Source: Hydrolagus affinis (taxonomy: Eukaryota). Taken from it: DNA of 64,000 nucleotides. Position numbers and translations under genes: made by a program. Below, piece by piece: positions 52,165-64,000 of the stretch. The notes under the pieces were generated by a model. The model was not told the DNA's origin. It was given only the letters and a program-made list of their open reading frames with translations, and ran no database searches. The stretch covers positions 1 through 64,000 of the forward strand of contig JAAILG010000350.1 in assembly GCA_012026655.1 (NCBI GenBank). Reading direction: 5' to 3'. The stretch's first letter is position 1; each line of letters begins with the position of its first letter.

Positions 52165-52380
52165 GATCAGTTGACAGCACAGTGGGTAAATGGACTTCCG
52201 TGATAAGCCATACAGACCAGGAAGATCTCAGATCGGATTCCCAGTGCTGCACTCGCTGAGCTCTACCACTGTTGGACCCCAAAGTGACAGTGAGGGACAA
52301 CTATTGGACTCAAGAGTTCTGAGGCCAGGGAAATTATCCCAATGCTTTCCTAATCACTATCCAGTGACCCCTGCTGGACA
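52165..52380 (+). mobile_element. LF-SINE-like ancient element
   Basis: GCCATACAGACCAGGAAG and CTATCCAGTGACCCCTGCTGGA match my recollection of the LF-SINE consensus. Confidence 0.65.
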
Positions 52381-52662
52381 CTGGCTGTTTGTCAGCCCGG
52401 CTCATTGGTAGCACTCTGGTCAGAGGTTCTGGGTTCGAATCCCAGATCAGGTGAAATTCTACTGGGTCTACATTTATTCTATATCCTTAACATTTTTGAA
52501 CATCCAGTAAATGGCAACTTCTTAAATACAGCCTGAATTTTGAAGCTGTTTTTCTGTAAGTTTATTTCAATAACTATGGAAAATCAGCTCCAAAATTAAG
52601 ACTGAATTCAATAATTTGTCAAATTTTGAAGCTTCGGAAATGCTCTGAAAATACAAGAAATA

Positions 52663-52873
52663 CAGTAAAAGCCTGTTTATTCGGTACCCAATCAACCGTA
52701 ACTTCCGTATAACCGGCATCGCAATAAAAAAGGTCCGCATTTGATTAACCAGAATTTATCTGGAAAAATTCATTGAAAACATTTTTTTTTTGCTTTCTCG
52801 GCCGAATATCAGGCAGGCGCTTTAATCAGCATTGGCCAGGTCCCGAGGGTGCCGGTTAAACATGCTTTTACTG
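52663..52873. mobile_element. Tc1/mariner (Tigger-like) MITE
   Basis: TA|CAGTAAAAGCCTGTTTAT ... TAAACATGCTTTTACTG|TA; sister copy at 60135. Confidence 0.9.
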
Positions 52874-53029
52874 TACTGACCTAGGTGGAACTTCTGTTCC
52901 TTAGTTCAGGTTGACATTCCAGAGAAAAGGTATATTATCAGATGTACCATCCTTTAGATGAGTTGTTAAACTAGATGAGATGTCCTTTAGATGAGATGTT
53001 CAATCTGATCTTTCTTTTCAGATATTATT

Positions 53030-53330
53030 ATAATAATGATCATTGCTTTTGATATAGCGCTTTTCACATCTTCTAGACGTGTTAAAGCACTTCACCGAAT
53101 ATACTGTAAAGTGAATTAACTGTATATTTGTAGGTGAAATGTGACAATCAATTGTGCACCGCAGTGTCCCACAAACAATCATGGATTGAAATGACCAATT
53201 TCTTATTGTTTTTTTGAGGGATTATTATTAGGTGTGTGAAGTAAGGAAATTTTCCCAAGCTTTCAACCTGCAGGAATTGAACCCAGCATGTAAGGCGAGT
53301 GTTTTAAGCACTGAGCTATAGGACACCTGT
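53030..53330 (-). mobile_element. tRNA-derived SINE, followed by an older reverse SINE to ~53640
   Basis: Reverse family consensus. Confidence 0.88.
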
Positions 53331-54012
53331 TGGAAAAGCTGGAAATAATAAATACAATAATAACCTTTGCATTTGATATAGCACCTTATCATGTCATCAA
53401 AACAATTCAAAGCATTTCAAGCATCTACTATAGAGCATAATGATTATGTATGTTTTTAGGTGAAAACGGCAGCACAGCTGTGTCCCACAAACAGCCACAA
53501 AGGAAATGACCAACTTTAGATCTAGAGGATTGATGGTCAGGACACAGAGTGAAAGGTTCTTTTCAAACAGTGCCATGGGATCTTTAATGTCCTGAATGGG
53601 AAGATGGGACTTTGGTTTAACATCTCACCTGAATGATAAGACTGAATGACACAATTCAAAATGAGAAGCTGGCTTCTCCCGCAGTCCTGGCCAACATCCG
53701 CCAGGTGAATTATTTTCTTTACGATATCTTGTGGGACTGTGCTGACACAAACGCCTATTGTGTTCGCAACCAAAAACAGCGACTCAATGCCAGTAATTAC
53801 TTGTGAAGGTAAGTGTGACTATCTCATGTGATTTAAGGCTCTATAGACATTCATGTTCTAAGAATGCAGCTTGATTATGTTGCTCCAATAATTGATAGCC
53901 TGCCAGCATATGTAAAATAGAAACTAGGGAGAGCTACTGCGAGGTTCTGAAATAGGAGGAATCACCTTCTGCAGAGGAAAGCAGAAAACTGAGTAGTTAT
54001 AATAATAGGATC

Positions 54013-54470
54013 CAACAACAACAACAACAACAACAACAAAATTACATTTATAGAGCGCCTTTCATGTCGCGAGGACGTCCCAAAGCGCTGAGCAGTAAGG
54101 TCGGGACCCGAGCACGGGGGGAAGGGTCGGGTAGGTGGAAGGGGAAGAAGAGTAGGAGAGGTGGAAGAGTTAGGAGGGAAGCAAAAGGCACGGTCGAAGA
54201 GGAAGGTCTTGAGACCGGCCTTGAAGGAGGAAAGAGAGGAAGTGAGGCGAAGGGATTGCGGGATGGAGTTCCACAGTGTGGGAGCAGAGAGGCTGAAAGC
54301 CTGGCCACCGATGGTGGGGCGGTTAGGGCGGTGGACGCGGAGCAGGCCAGAGCCTGATGAGCGGAGGGGACGGGTGGGCTGATAGGGAGACAGCAGGTCG
54401 GAGAGATAGGCGGGGGCAAGGCCGTGAATGGCCTTGAAGGTGAGGACGAGGATCTTGAATTCACTCCATA
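54013..54470 (-). mobile_element. L2 3' fragment, CpG-rich and relatively young
   Basis: (CAA)n tail plus L2 ORF2 C-terminal sequence with many intact CpGs. Confidence 0.9.
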
Positions 54471-55731
54471 TAAGGAGTGATGTTCCATGTGCCGTTGAAT
54501 TCAGCGCACATTGACAATGTGAGAATTTGTTTGATCAGCTGAGAGTCTGACCCACAACATCATTAAGGGTATGGTGACAATGCTGATGACGTTAAATCTC
54601 ATCAACCTTATATAGCGCAACACATAAAGAATAACCCTGTGGATATTAATGTAAGGAATTGGTTTTTCAGCCCAATAGACAGAGGTGTACAGTATATGTC
54701 TTGGGACTTCCAGAATGACAGTAAAAGGCACTAATATGACAGCACCAACAATGTCGGTACTGGAGGTGCTGTCCACGGGGAGAGACGGTTACCGGGTTTA
54801 TTCTCCCACTTGCCTCACTAGTGATAACGCAGAAACATACGTTCGAGGGCATCAATAGTCAGCTTGATGTGCCCAATGTATAACTAACTAAACTCCCTTT
54901 CAACTACCTTCCTCTCCACCTTGAAACTGCAATGACTGCACTTGACTGAGGTGGTCAGTGTTGCATTTTTATTTGTAATCTTTTTAAGTGCACCGTTAAA
55001 AGCGTTGGGGAATGAAAGTGATAAGATATTTGTTCCTGGTGTGGCACAGCCAATGGGCATTACCAGACAAAATTCCACGTTGGCAAATGCTAGCTGCGGG
55101 GGTCATTTGATCCATCCCTGTGACATTTTGAATCCTTTTTTTAACACTGTGGAAATATTCATTCTGCAGGCTCTGGGCAGGCTGCTGAAGTCACTTCTGA
55201 CAGAACATTTACAGTCAGAGAAGAAGCTTCCCCAAAGAGACAGGCTCTAAACCAGCTTGCCACACACAATGTGATTGCTTTCTTCATTCCCACCCACCCC
55301 CAACCCACATTCCCCCAGGACAGGTAAATTATTTACTGACACTTACACAACTGAAGACTGCAGAAGATCAACCCGTTAAAAACAAGAAAGCTGCGGAATG
55401 GTTCACTGTGCTGTTTTGTTAATCCTTTGTCACAGCCACAATTTAACAACGCTTTACGATTTTATAACAGCTTTTCAATCACACGGCAGAATTTGAAAAT
55501 TGATTTTTTTTCCTATCTCCCTTTAAACTAATCAAATGGGAACATGGGTTATTTGCATTTGGCTGTGATAGTAGCGAATTGACAGAATTCAGTAACTAGA
55601 CACTGGAGAGAAGATCCACAGTTCTAGCTACAAGGGGAATAGCTAGCCAAGGCTTCTGTAGTTTCTTGAAATTATCATTAGAAAACAGGTTTGCTTAAAG
55701 GCTAGCTCTGATTGACCGAGGACCAAAAGAA

Positions 55732-56340
55732 TATAAGAACATAAGAATAAGGAGCAGGAGTAGGCAATTCGGCTCCTCGAGCCTGCCCCGCTATTCAATA
55801 AGAGCATGGCTGATCTTCTAATCTAACTCCATCTGCCCGCTTTATCCCCATATCCCTTAATCTCCCTATCCATAAGAAATCTATCATCTCAGTCTTGAAT
55901 ATGTTCAAGGACTGACCGTCTACAGCCTTTTGGAGTAGAGAATTCCATAAGTTCACTATCCTCTGAATGAAGAAGTGTTTCCTCAACTCTGCGTGAAAAG
56001 GCTGACCCTTAAACTTAAAACTGTGACCCGTAGCTATAGTTTCTCCAACTAGCAAAAACAGTCTCCCACTATCTATTCTGTCATGCCCCTTAATAATCTT
56101 ATAGATTTCTATAAAATCACCTCTAATTCTTCTATATTCCAGAGAATATAGGCCTAGAACCTAACCTCATAGGTCAACCCCCTCATTCCAGGAGCCAACC
56201 TAGTGAATCTACGCTGCAGCCCCTCTAAGGTCAGCACGTCCTTTCTTAAATAAGGAGACCAAAACTGCACACAATATTCCAGGTGCGGTCTCACCAAGGC
56301 CCTATACAGTTGCAGCAAAACTTCCCTACTCTTTTCTTCC
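55732..56340 (-). mobile_element. CR1 LINE 3' portion
   Basis: KSREVLLQLYRALVRPHLEYCVQFWSPYLRKD...QRRFTRL and RKHFFIQRIVNLWNSL, ending in ATAAGAAC-type terminal repeats. Confidence 0.93.
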
Positions 56341-58462
56341 ACTGGAAGACAATCAGAAGATAGGTGCCTTTCCTCGGTTATCTTCCCTGCTCTTAACTGA
56401 GCATTTGCCATTGAGTCTAACAAATGCCAAAACACTGACTTAAACCACTCCAATTACAATGAGTAAATACACGTACCAGCAATCTTATCTTGGTAAATGA
56501 GTTCAAAGCGTACTCATTTATCAAAGTTTTTGCACGCCCGGAGAGGTTAGTTTAGCAATTGCAAATCCAGTCCCTGGTGCCATTGAGTTTTAATGTCTAA
56601 TGACGGCAAACCACCACCTCTGCACACGATGTGAAATTAAAGAGAGATCTTAAGCCAGTCCTTTGATCACCTTCATTACACAGCTGTCTGTGGCTGACAA
56701 GCCAACTTGCTCAGAACTGTTACACAGGACCTCCATCTGGGTTCAGGCACTCTCCTAATACGGTCAGAGAGATTGGTTTTAAAATACAGCAGATTAATAA
56801 AATGGGTTACCAGCAGCTATTATCAGTAAAACTCCCCAGGTAAGAGTTTCCTTTCACTTCTGCAACCATAGGTTCAAGATTCATACCAGCGGGATTTCAG
56901 TTCACAATCCAGAGTGACGCTCCAACACTACCAAAGGCATGTTCAAACAGGTAGCATTTGACGCAGGACTTAAATCCGGAAAGAGATGGGTGAGATGGAG
57001 CAGAAGACGGAGGGAGATCCACATGACAGGAATGTATTTCAATATAAGAAAAGGAAGACATGTAAAAAAAAAGGGGGGGAAATGCAGCTCAATAGCTGCT
57101 TCACGGCTAACATGATGGGCTGAATGACCTTCTTCTATTCTGTAAATATCTAAGATTCTATTTGATGTATTACTTCATCATGATAACATGTCTCAAAGGG
57201 CTTCATGCAGTGATTTACTGAAATGTAATTACTGTTGTTTTATGAATAATCTCACCAGCTGATCAGCAACAGTGATGAGAGAAATGTCCAGTTGATACTT
57301 TTTCATTGAACTTGGGTGAGGGGAAAATATTAACTGGGGGACTAGGAAACCTGCCTAATATTCTTTAAATAATGTCATTGGATGTTTTAGTACATGTGTG
57401 TGGAGGCAGAAAGAACTTCAGTTTAATATCTCATCCCAACACACATCACCTGCAATAATCCCTCAGTACACCTCCCTCTCCCCCTCTCCTTTCTTTACTC
57501 GGTGTGCTCCAAGCCAATACTCTATGTTAAGGGCACTATATAAATGCAAATTGCAGTTCTTGATTCTAATTTCCTCTTTAAAGCTAATGTGGTTTCTGCC
57601 TCAACAACAACAAAATTACATTTGTATAGCGCCTTCCACGGACGGAAGGACATCCCGAGGCATTGGTTCCACACAGAGCATTCAACACATGTTCAAACAC
57701 TCAGTGTAAAAACTGTTCCCCCCAACCTTTGCTCTTTTGGTGATTACCTTAAATCTATGCTCTCCAGTTACTGAATTAGATGCAAATGGTATTATGCTAA
57801 CATCAAGACAACTTACTTGTTATATTTTAATTTCATTTGCAAGAAGAAAAAAAATCTCTTTATTGTTTTACAGCCTACAGCATGGAATACAAGCATAAAT
57901 TAGGCTGAATGCGATCTATGCAATACTTTTTCCAGTATTTTTGCGGGGTCAGCCAGACCTGACAAATGCGGAAACCCATCATCATGCTTAAGAGTATCCA
58001 GACCAAAGTGAGAATTTCCATTCCCCATTATATAGTTAAACTCACTTTCATTGTACCTGTCAGGACCATAACATTTCATATGACTTAAACGAAATCGGAG
58101 TTACAGGCAAGCAAGTATAAAATCCGATTAAACAGCCAGTAAATGCACATGTTTAGATGTGTCAGAACTTAATTTCCCCTGATTCAATACACTCAGCAAG
58201 TGCAGTAGTAGTGTTATGATTTCCTTTATAAAAATACAACTAGTGAAAAGAAATCTAAGTGTATTTTTGTAGGGAACTGAATGGGACTCGGATGCATGTA
58301 TGACCTAGGTGATTATACAATTTATCAAGATAAGATTTGGGCGAGTTTTACTGTGTTCATTTAGCTGCATTTGTATTAAACATCCAGTTTTACGTAGGGA
58401 TACAAACATTTGCCACATTGGTTTAGTTTAGACGGCAAACTAAAGTCCTGGAGTCCTAAAGC

Positions 58463-58740
58463 GTGGAATCCTGTAGCTCAGTGATTAAAGCAGCCGCCAT
58501 AGAAATGAGAGATCTAGATTCAATTCCATGCACGGCGAAACCTTGGGCAAGTTTCCTTACTCCACACACCTAATAATAATCCCTCAAAAAAACAATAATA
58601 AATTGGTCATTTCAATCCACGATTGTTTGTGGGACACTGCTGTGCGCAATTGGCTGCCGTATTTCGCCCACAAATATACAGTCAATTCACTTTGAGACGT
58701 TTAGAAGACGTGAAAAACATTATATCAAAATGCAACTATT
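58463..58740 (+). mobile_element. tRNA-derived SINE
   Basis: Family consensus with a small deletion near the tail. Confidence 0.9.
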
Positions 58741-59269
58741 CCTGCACTTCTGGATTTAATGGCCAACTGCCTTAAGTAACTGGTTTGGCTCCACACCAAA
58801 TCTGCCTGCTCAGCACGACTGCAGTTGATAGTCAACTAAATTCTAAGTAAACAGAGTGCTTCGCATATCCGTTCAAACGTGTGTGGGAATGTTTGGATTA
58901 CCCGCAAGCGTGCCAATCAGGATGCATGTGGGCAAACTTCTCCGAGCTCACAGATCACAAGTCTCCCGGCAGGTAAACCAGAGCAGCAAAGTTCCAAGGC
59001 AAATAGGATAGCATTTCCTGCTGTCCTCACACATGAGCATTCTCCCTATATGAATGTGCTCTGCACTCAACAAGCTACCAACACTTCCAGCAGCTCCATA
59101 AACTAACCTAGTGGAACCCAACTTTAAATCTGTGTGGAACATTTTCATGGGGTATTTAACCCAGGTCCCATCTCCCTGTTCTTTAGATTGACGTTAAAGA
59201 TCTCAGAATACTACTCGAAAACAGGGAGATACTTGTAGTGTTCCTGGCCAAAATAATCCTCCAGATTAT

Positions 59270-59710
59270 TATAATTAACTGGAATACTCCTTACATTTGA
59301 CACAGCAACATTCATGTCGGGAAGATGTCTCAAAGTGCTTCAGGGGATATGCTATAAAGTGTACTTTGTAGGCAAACACAGCATCCAAATTGTACACAGA
59401 AAATGTCCCATAAACAGCCATAAAGTGAATGGCCAATTTTATTTGTGGGATTGTCAGTCAGGACACCAGAAGAAACTCCCTTCTCTTACTGAATAGTGCG
59501 GGAGGTCTTTAAGATCCATTCAGACAAACATTTCGGACTTAATCTAAAAATATAGTCTGGAGTGTAGTACTCCCCACAATGCAGCACACCCCCGGTACTG
59601 CATTGGAGCGTTAGGTTTGACAATAAGTGTTCAAAATCACAAGATAGGGTTTGAACCCACAACCTTCTGACTCTTAAGCAAGAGTGCTACCCACTGAGCC
59701 AGGCTGGCAT
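59270..59710 (-). mobile_element. Older Deu-type SINE
   Basis: Ends TTTGAACCCACAACCTTCTGACTC...AGTGCTACCCACTGAGCC (reverse tRNA head). Confidence 0.7.
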
Positions 59711-60134
59711 CATTCATTCTCTTCATGGCTGCTTATGGGGCCTTGCTCTGTCTCCTCCTCTTTGAGACATTGCAATGTGATAAGGTGTTATAAAAATGCA
59801 AGTTCATTCTTTCTCTGACTCTCTGTAATGCTCGGTTAGAATTGTGACTAACCACACAGGAAAAGGCATTGATGTTAAAATATACATATTAAAATAAAAT
59901 GCTTTTAGCTTTTTAGCAATCCTGGGAAATGGAGGATTGTGTTGGGAGGATATTGTATTCATTTTCCATGAATTATGACTTTCCCTGAGTTGAAGCCATT
60001 CTGGCCTGTGGGTTTTTCAGGCTGTTAAGGTTATTTCAGGGATCTCCACTGACCCTGATCCTTTGAATTATGTTGTTGAGTCTGATGATAAAAATAACCT
60101 TTACATGGAATGAATATGGGTGAATAGACTATTA

Positions 60135-60340
60135 CAGTAAAAGCCTGTTTATCCGGCACCCTCGGTACCTGGCCAATGCCGGTTGAAGTGCGTGCCGGAT
60201 AATCGGCCGAAAACACACACAAAAAAAAGCATTTTTCTGGATAAATCCGGATAAAGGTTAATCGAATGCAGACTTTTTTTTGTGTGCCGGTTACACAGAA
60301 GTTACGGTTGATCGGGTGCTGGATGAACAGGCTTTTACTC
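60135..60340. mobile_element. Tc1/mariner (Tigger-like) MITE
   Basis: TA|CAGTAAAAGCCTGTTTATCC ... GGATGAACAGGCTTTTACTC|TA; inverted relative to 52663-52873. Confidence 0.9.
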
Positions 60341-61974
60341 TAATATTTTACAGAGCTGCTATACCGCACAAGCACAATGGCATTGCACATAAAATAGCAA
60401 AGATAAGGAACAGCTTTATAAGTTGTTCTCATTCTATCCATACAAAAATACTATCTCCTGTAGCCCCACCTTTCTCCATCACTTTATAGCAATGTACTGT
60501 ATTGTATTTGCGGGTGGAAGTAAGTGTACTCTCTTCCATATAATATCAGACCATAACTCCAAGCTTAAAAAGCTCAGTTCACAATTGTTAATGGAATGAC
60601 ATGAATGACATGAATTGGAACACATGCTCAATAATAATAGGATACTCCTTAGGAAGTTGTTAAACATGCATGTTTATTTCACCCTTGAAGGAGACTGACA
60701 TTGCTCAGGAGAGACCCAACATTGCTATTCAAATATTTTCCAGACACCTTTCTCTGTGATGCTGCCCTTTCCATGAGATATTCTAACTGCATTTGCCCTG
60801 CCCTTGTCTCACAGATTTTGTTGTACTTCCTCTTCAACACCTACATCTATTTGCTGACAAGTTCCAAATCCAAAACTCAGCCCAGTTGTCACAGAGACTG
60901 AAGCCGTCTTGCTAGCTTATGTACCTTCAAGACATAGACAGCTAGAGGGGTTAAGGCAGACGAATTAAGGAATGGAATTCAATTAGAATACGTTTCAATT
61001 CCATCAGAATACATTTTGCCCACAAATATACAGTCAATTCACTTTACAGTATATTCTGTGAAGTACTGAGACATCTAGAAGATGTGAAAAGCGCTATATC
61101 AAATGCAAGGATTATTATTATAGAAGGAGCTGCAGTGACTGATGGTCAGCTTCCAGCATGTTAAACAATGGCCACCTTCTGCGTCAATGAGGTTTACGGG
61201 GGCCTTGTTGTGTGAAGTCAATTGCTTCCAACATCACATCCTGCATATTGTGCTGCTATATAAAGCACAGGAATTGATGTTAGCATAACCTAGTAATGCA
61301 GGAAGACTAACATTCATGTGCAGTGAATTGGAGGTTTATGGACCCCAACTATCATATTATAACTAATTTTAATTTCTATCCAAGAAGTCCTAGTGGGTCT
61401 AACATGCTAACATGTTCATTGATGCGTGAAGGTTTTATTCTTCAAATGCAATGGTTATTATCCTGCACCGATGAATGGAATATTATATGTAAGAAAGTAA
61501 AGCTTTGTTGTTATTAGTGAATGGCAGGTCATGTTAGACCATATGTAGCTTGTGTAGGAAGAGGAATACGCTGATGAGAGCAATGGTTTTGGCAGAATCA
61601 ATACTGTATTAGGTTTCAAAAAGGGATTAGATAAATACGTAAAAAGAAGCAAATTGCAGGGGTTATAGGGAAAGTTCAGGGAAATGGGACTGATAGGATT
61701 GCTATAAAAGACATCATGTTCATCAGACATGATGGACTGATTAGCCTCCTCTGTGCTGCACGTTTTTATGGTTCTATTGGAAAAAGTTAACCACAATGGA
61801 ATGACGAATGAACTAGCCAGGGTAAACCAGGATGCAAAATTGGAAAATGAAGAGATACATTGAGATACAAAAAAAAATTGGGACCTATAAGGGGTGAATC
61901 TCACAGGAGATTATAAAGAAATCAGTGGAGCACTAAACAAATTCATCACATTACCTCCTATTCAACATCTACAT

Positions 61975-62670
61975 GCTCCATCTTGGTGAAATCATCCGCA
62001 GACATGGGGTCAACTTCCACATGTATGTATGCAGATGACACCCAACTCTTATCTCTCTGCCTCCACCCTCAACTCCAGACTGCCTGCCAGACATAATCCT
62101 GGATGAGAGCTAACTTTTTCCAGTTGAATGTCAACGAGACCGAGATCCTCCTGATTTTCTCCCACCAGTGTCTCCAAACTTCAGGCACTGATAGCATCAC
62201 CATCTATGGATGTACACTCTACCTTACTAATCCAGTCTGCAAACTTGGCGTCTTATTTGACCCTCAATTGTCCTTTCTCCTGCACATTCTTGCCTTCCGC
62301 CACCTCACAACATTGCTCTGCTCTGCCATTGCATCTCACCCCAAGCCGCAGAAACACTCAAGCATGCATTTAATATATCTAGGCTCGCCTACGCCAACTG
62401 CTTGTCAGCCTTCCCAACTCTTCCCTTCACAAGCTACAGATCATCGAGAACTCTGCAGCTCGTGTCTTCTCCCAGGTTCCGTGACCTTATCACCTCCATC
62501 CTATCCGGTTCCACTGGCTCCGTCCCCATCCCTCAAGAGGATAGAGTTCAAAATCTTAGTCCTTGTCTTCAAGACCTTGCTCCTCTGTACATGTGAGACC
62601 TACTAACCCCATATCAACCTGTCTACTCCCTCCACTCATCAGGCTCTGGTCTGCTCCATGTCCGCCTTCC
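61975..62670 (+). mobile_element. L2 fragment
   Basis: ...ATGCAGATGACACCCAACT (YADDTQL-like), MRANFFQLNV...LGVLFDPQLSF...RIEFKILVLVFK. Confidence 0.88.
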
Positions 62671-63084
62671 ATACGGTCTTTGAAAGGGGGGCTCATAAGA
62701 GACTTATGATTAAAATTAGGGCATGTGAAGTGGAGTCACAGAGGAGGTTGCAGAATTGATTGACAGTGGCTACAAAACAAGACAAAAAAATATAAGAGTA
62801 AAGAGCAATATTTCAGTTTGGCATGAAATTGGATGTGGTATTCCACATTGGATCTATTTTTTCAACCAATACTGATACCAAACCTGTTTGCAATGATTAG
62901 GACTCATCCTTTACTAGGAATTTATCAGCAATAAATGGTGATGGCTATCAAGAGAGAAAGAAACATAGGAATAGGAAGAGGCCATTTAGCCTGTTCCATC
63001 GTTTCTCTACTAATCCTTTCAATTCCAATTTCCCGCTTTTACCTTGTGTCCCTTAATGCATCAACCTACTAAGAATCTATCAAA

Positions 63085-63510
63085 TTGAACAGATTGAACA
63101 GGTTGGAGTTTCACTCTGGAGATGAGATGATTAATAGGGCCCTGATAGAGGTGGTTGAAATTATGAAAGGATTTGAGAAATTGGACATTGATAGTCTCTT
63201 GTTGGCAAGTCCAGAATGAGTAATCATAAATACAAGACAGCTAGTAGCGGATCTAAAGTTTAGGATCGACTCCTTCACACAGAGGCTGGTGACTATTTGG
63301 AACTCAATGTCGTAAATTGCGGTTCAAGAAAAAAACATCAACATATTTAAGAGGTAACTTGACGCATATTTGAAGGAGAAGGAAATATAGGACAAGAGGA
63401 GAGGGGATTAGGATGGGTGGAGGTTTGTGGGGAGTATTACCTCTAGAATGTGTAGGTTGAGCCAAATGGCTGTTTCTGTGTTGTAACAATCTAATAATTC
63501 TATGTAAGAT
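63085..63510 (+). mobile_element. Old CR1 3' fragment
   Basis: Decayed CR1 ORF2 end with 3' motif GAGCCAAATGGCTGTTTCTGTGTTGTAAC. Confidence 0.7.
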
Positions 63511-64000
63511 ACAGTATATATTAAACACAACCAGTAAAGCAGGGAAAATAAGTTTTTTGTTTAACTTTCTATTGAGTGTTTTGTTTTTTATTTAAAAATG
63601 TTTTCTCTGTGTGGCCATTGTGACAGATATATATAAAAGAAAATAATAATTTTGTCACTCAATCCATGACTGCTGTTGTGCACAATTGCTGCTGTGTTTC
63701 GCCGACAGTCAATTTACTGTTAATTTACAGTATATTTTTAGAAGCGTTTTGAACCATCTCAACGTGATAAGGTCTAATATCAAATGAATGAATGGGAATG
63801 GGATTAGAACCATATTTCTATTCTGAACATTGTGCCAAGATGGCTGCTTTCCAGAGGTGTGAAATGCCACCTACTCATAGCCTCCAAGACGATTTTATCT
63901 TAAAATGTAAGATCACTCAGAATCATGGAAAATTATCGAGTTTAATTTAGAAGCCGATTTAAATTGAATTGAAGAATTTCCCTTAATTCTGCGAGATCAT

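Noticed and set aside
1-64000. Remaining 60-200 aa ORFs in the track
   Set aside because: They derive from SINE, L2 or CR1 sequence, low-complexity tracts or N-gaps, or have no recognisable homology or splice context.

Overview
Repeat-rich vertebrate genomic DNA with four N-gaps. The repeat families (tRNA-headed Deu-type SINE, L2, CR1, Penelope-like relics) suggest a cartilaginous fish, probably a chimaera; this is inference. The only recognisable protein-coding sequence is one minus-strand exon of basonuclin 2 (BNC2), encoding MQFGTRTASTEPGFLGTWQNSETNLLFRMSQQ at 32230-32135. I found no next BNC2 exon (AIRCTLVNC...) to its left, so 1-32134 is read as the long downstream intron and 32366-64000 as upstream or intronic. 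The most interesting signals are hidden exon-like units in that intron: an 83-nt cassette whose TAATG stop-start ends the upstream frame and opens a new ATG in frame with the rest of BNC2, a 24-nt frame-preserving microexon behind a CUG tract, a candidate truncating terminal exon, and AG|GT ratchet-like sites. The 5' half of the BNC2 exon carries two in-frame TGAs in a microsatellite that is coding in human. Two ~100-bp insertions with target-site duplications begin at a decayed hammerhead-ribozyme core. Almost all ORFs in the track are spurious or TE-derived. Repeat boundaries are approximate unless a TSD or TIR is quoted, and homology calls rest on recalled sequences rather than database searches.
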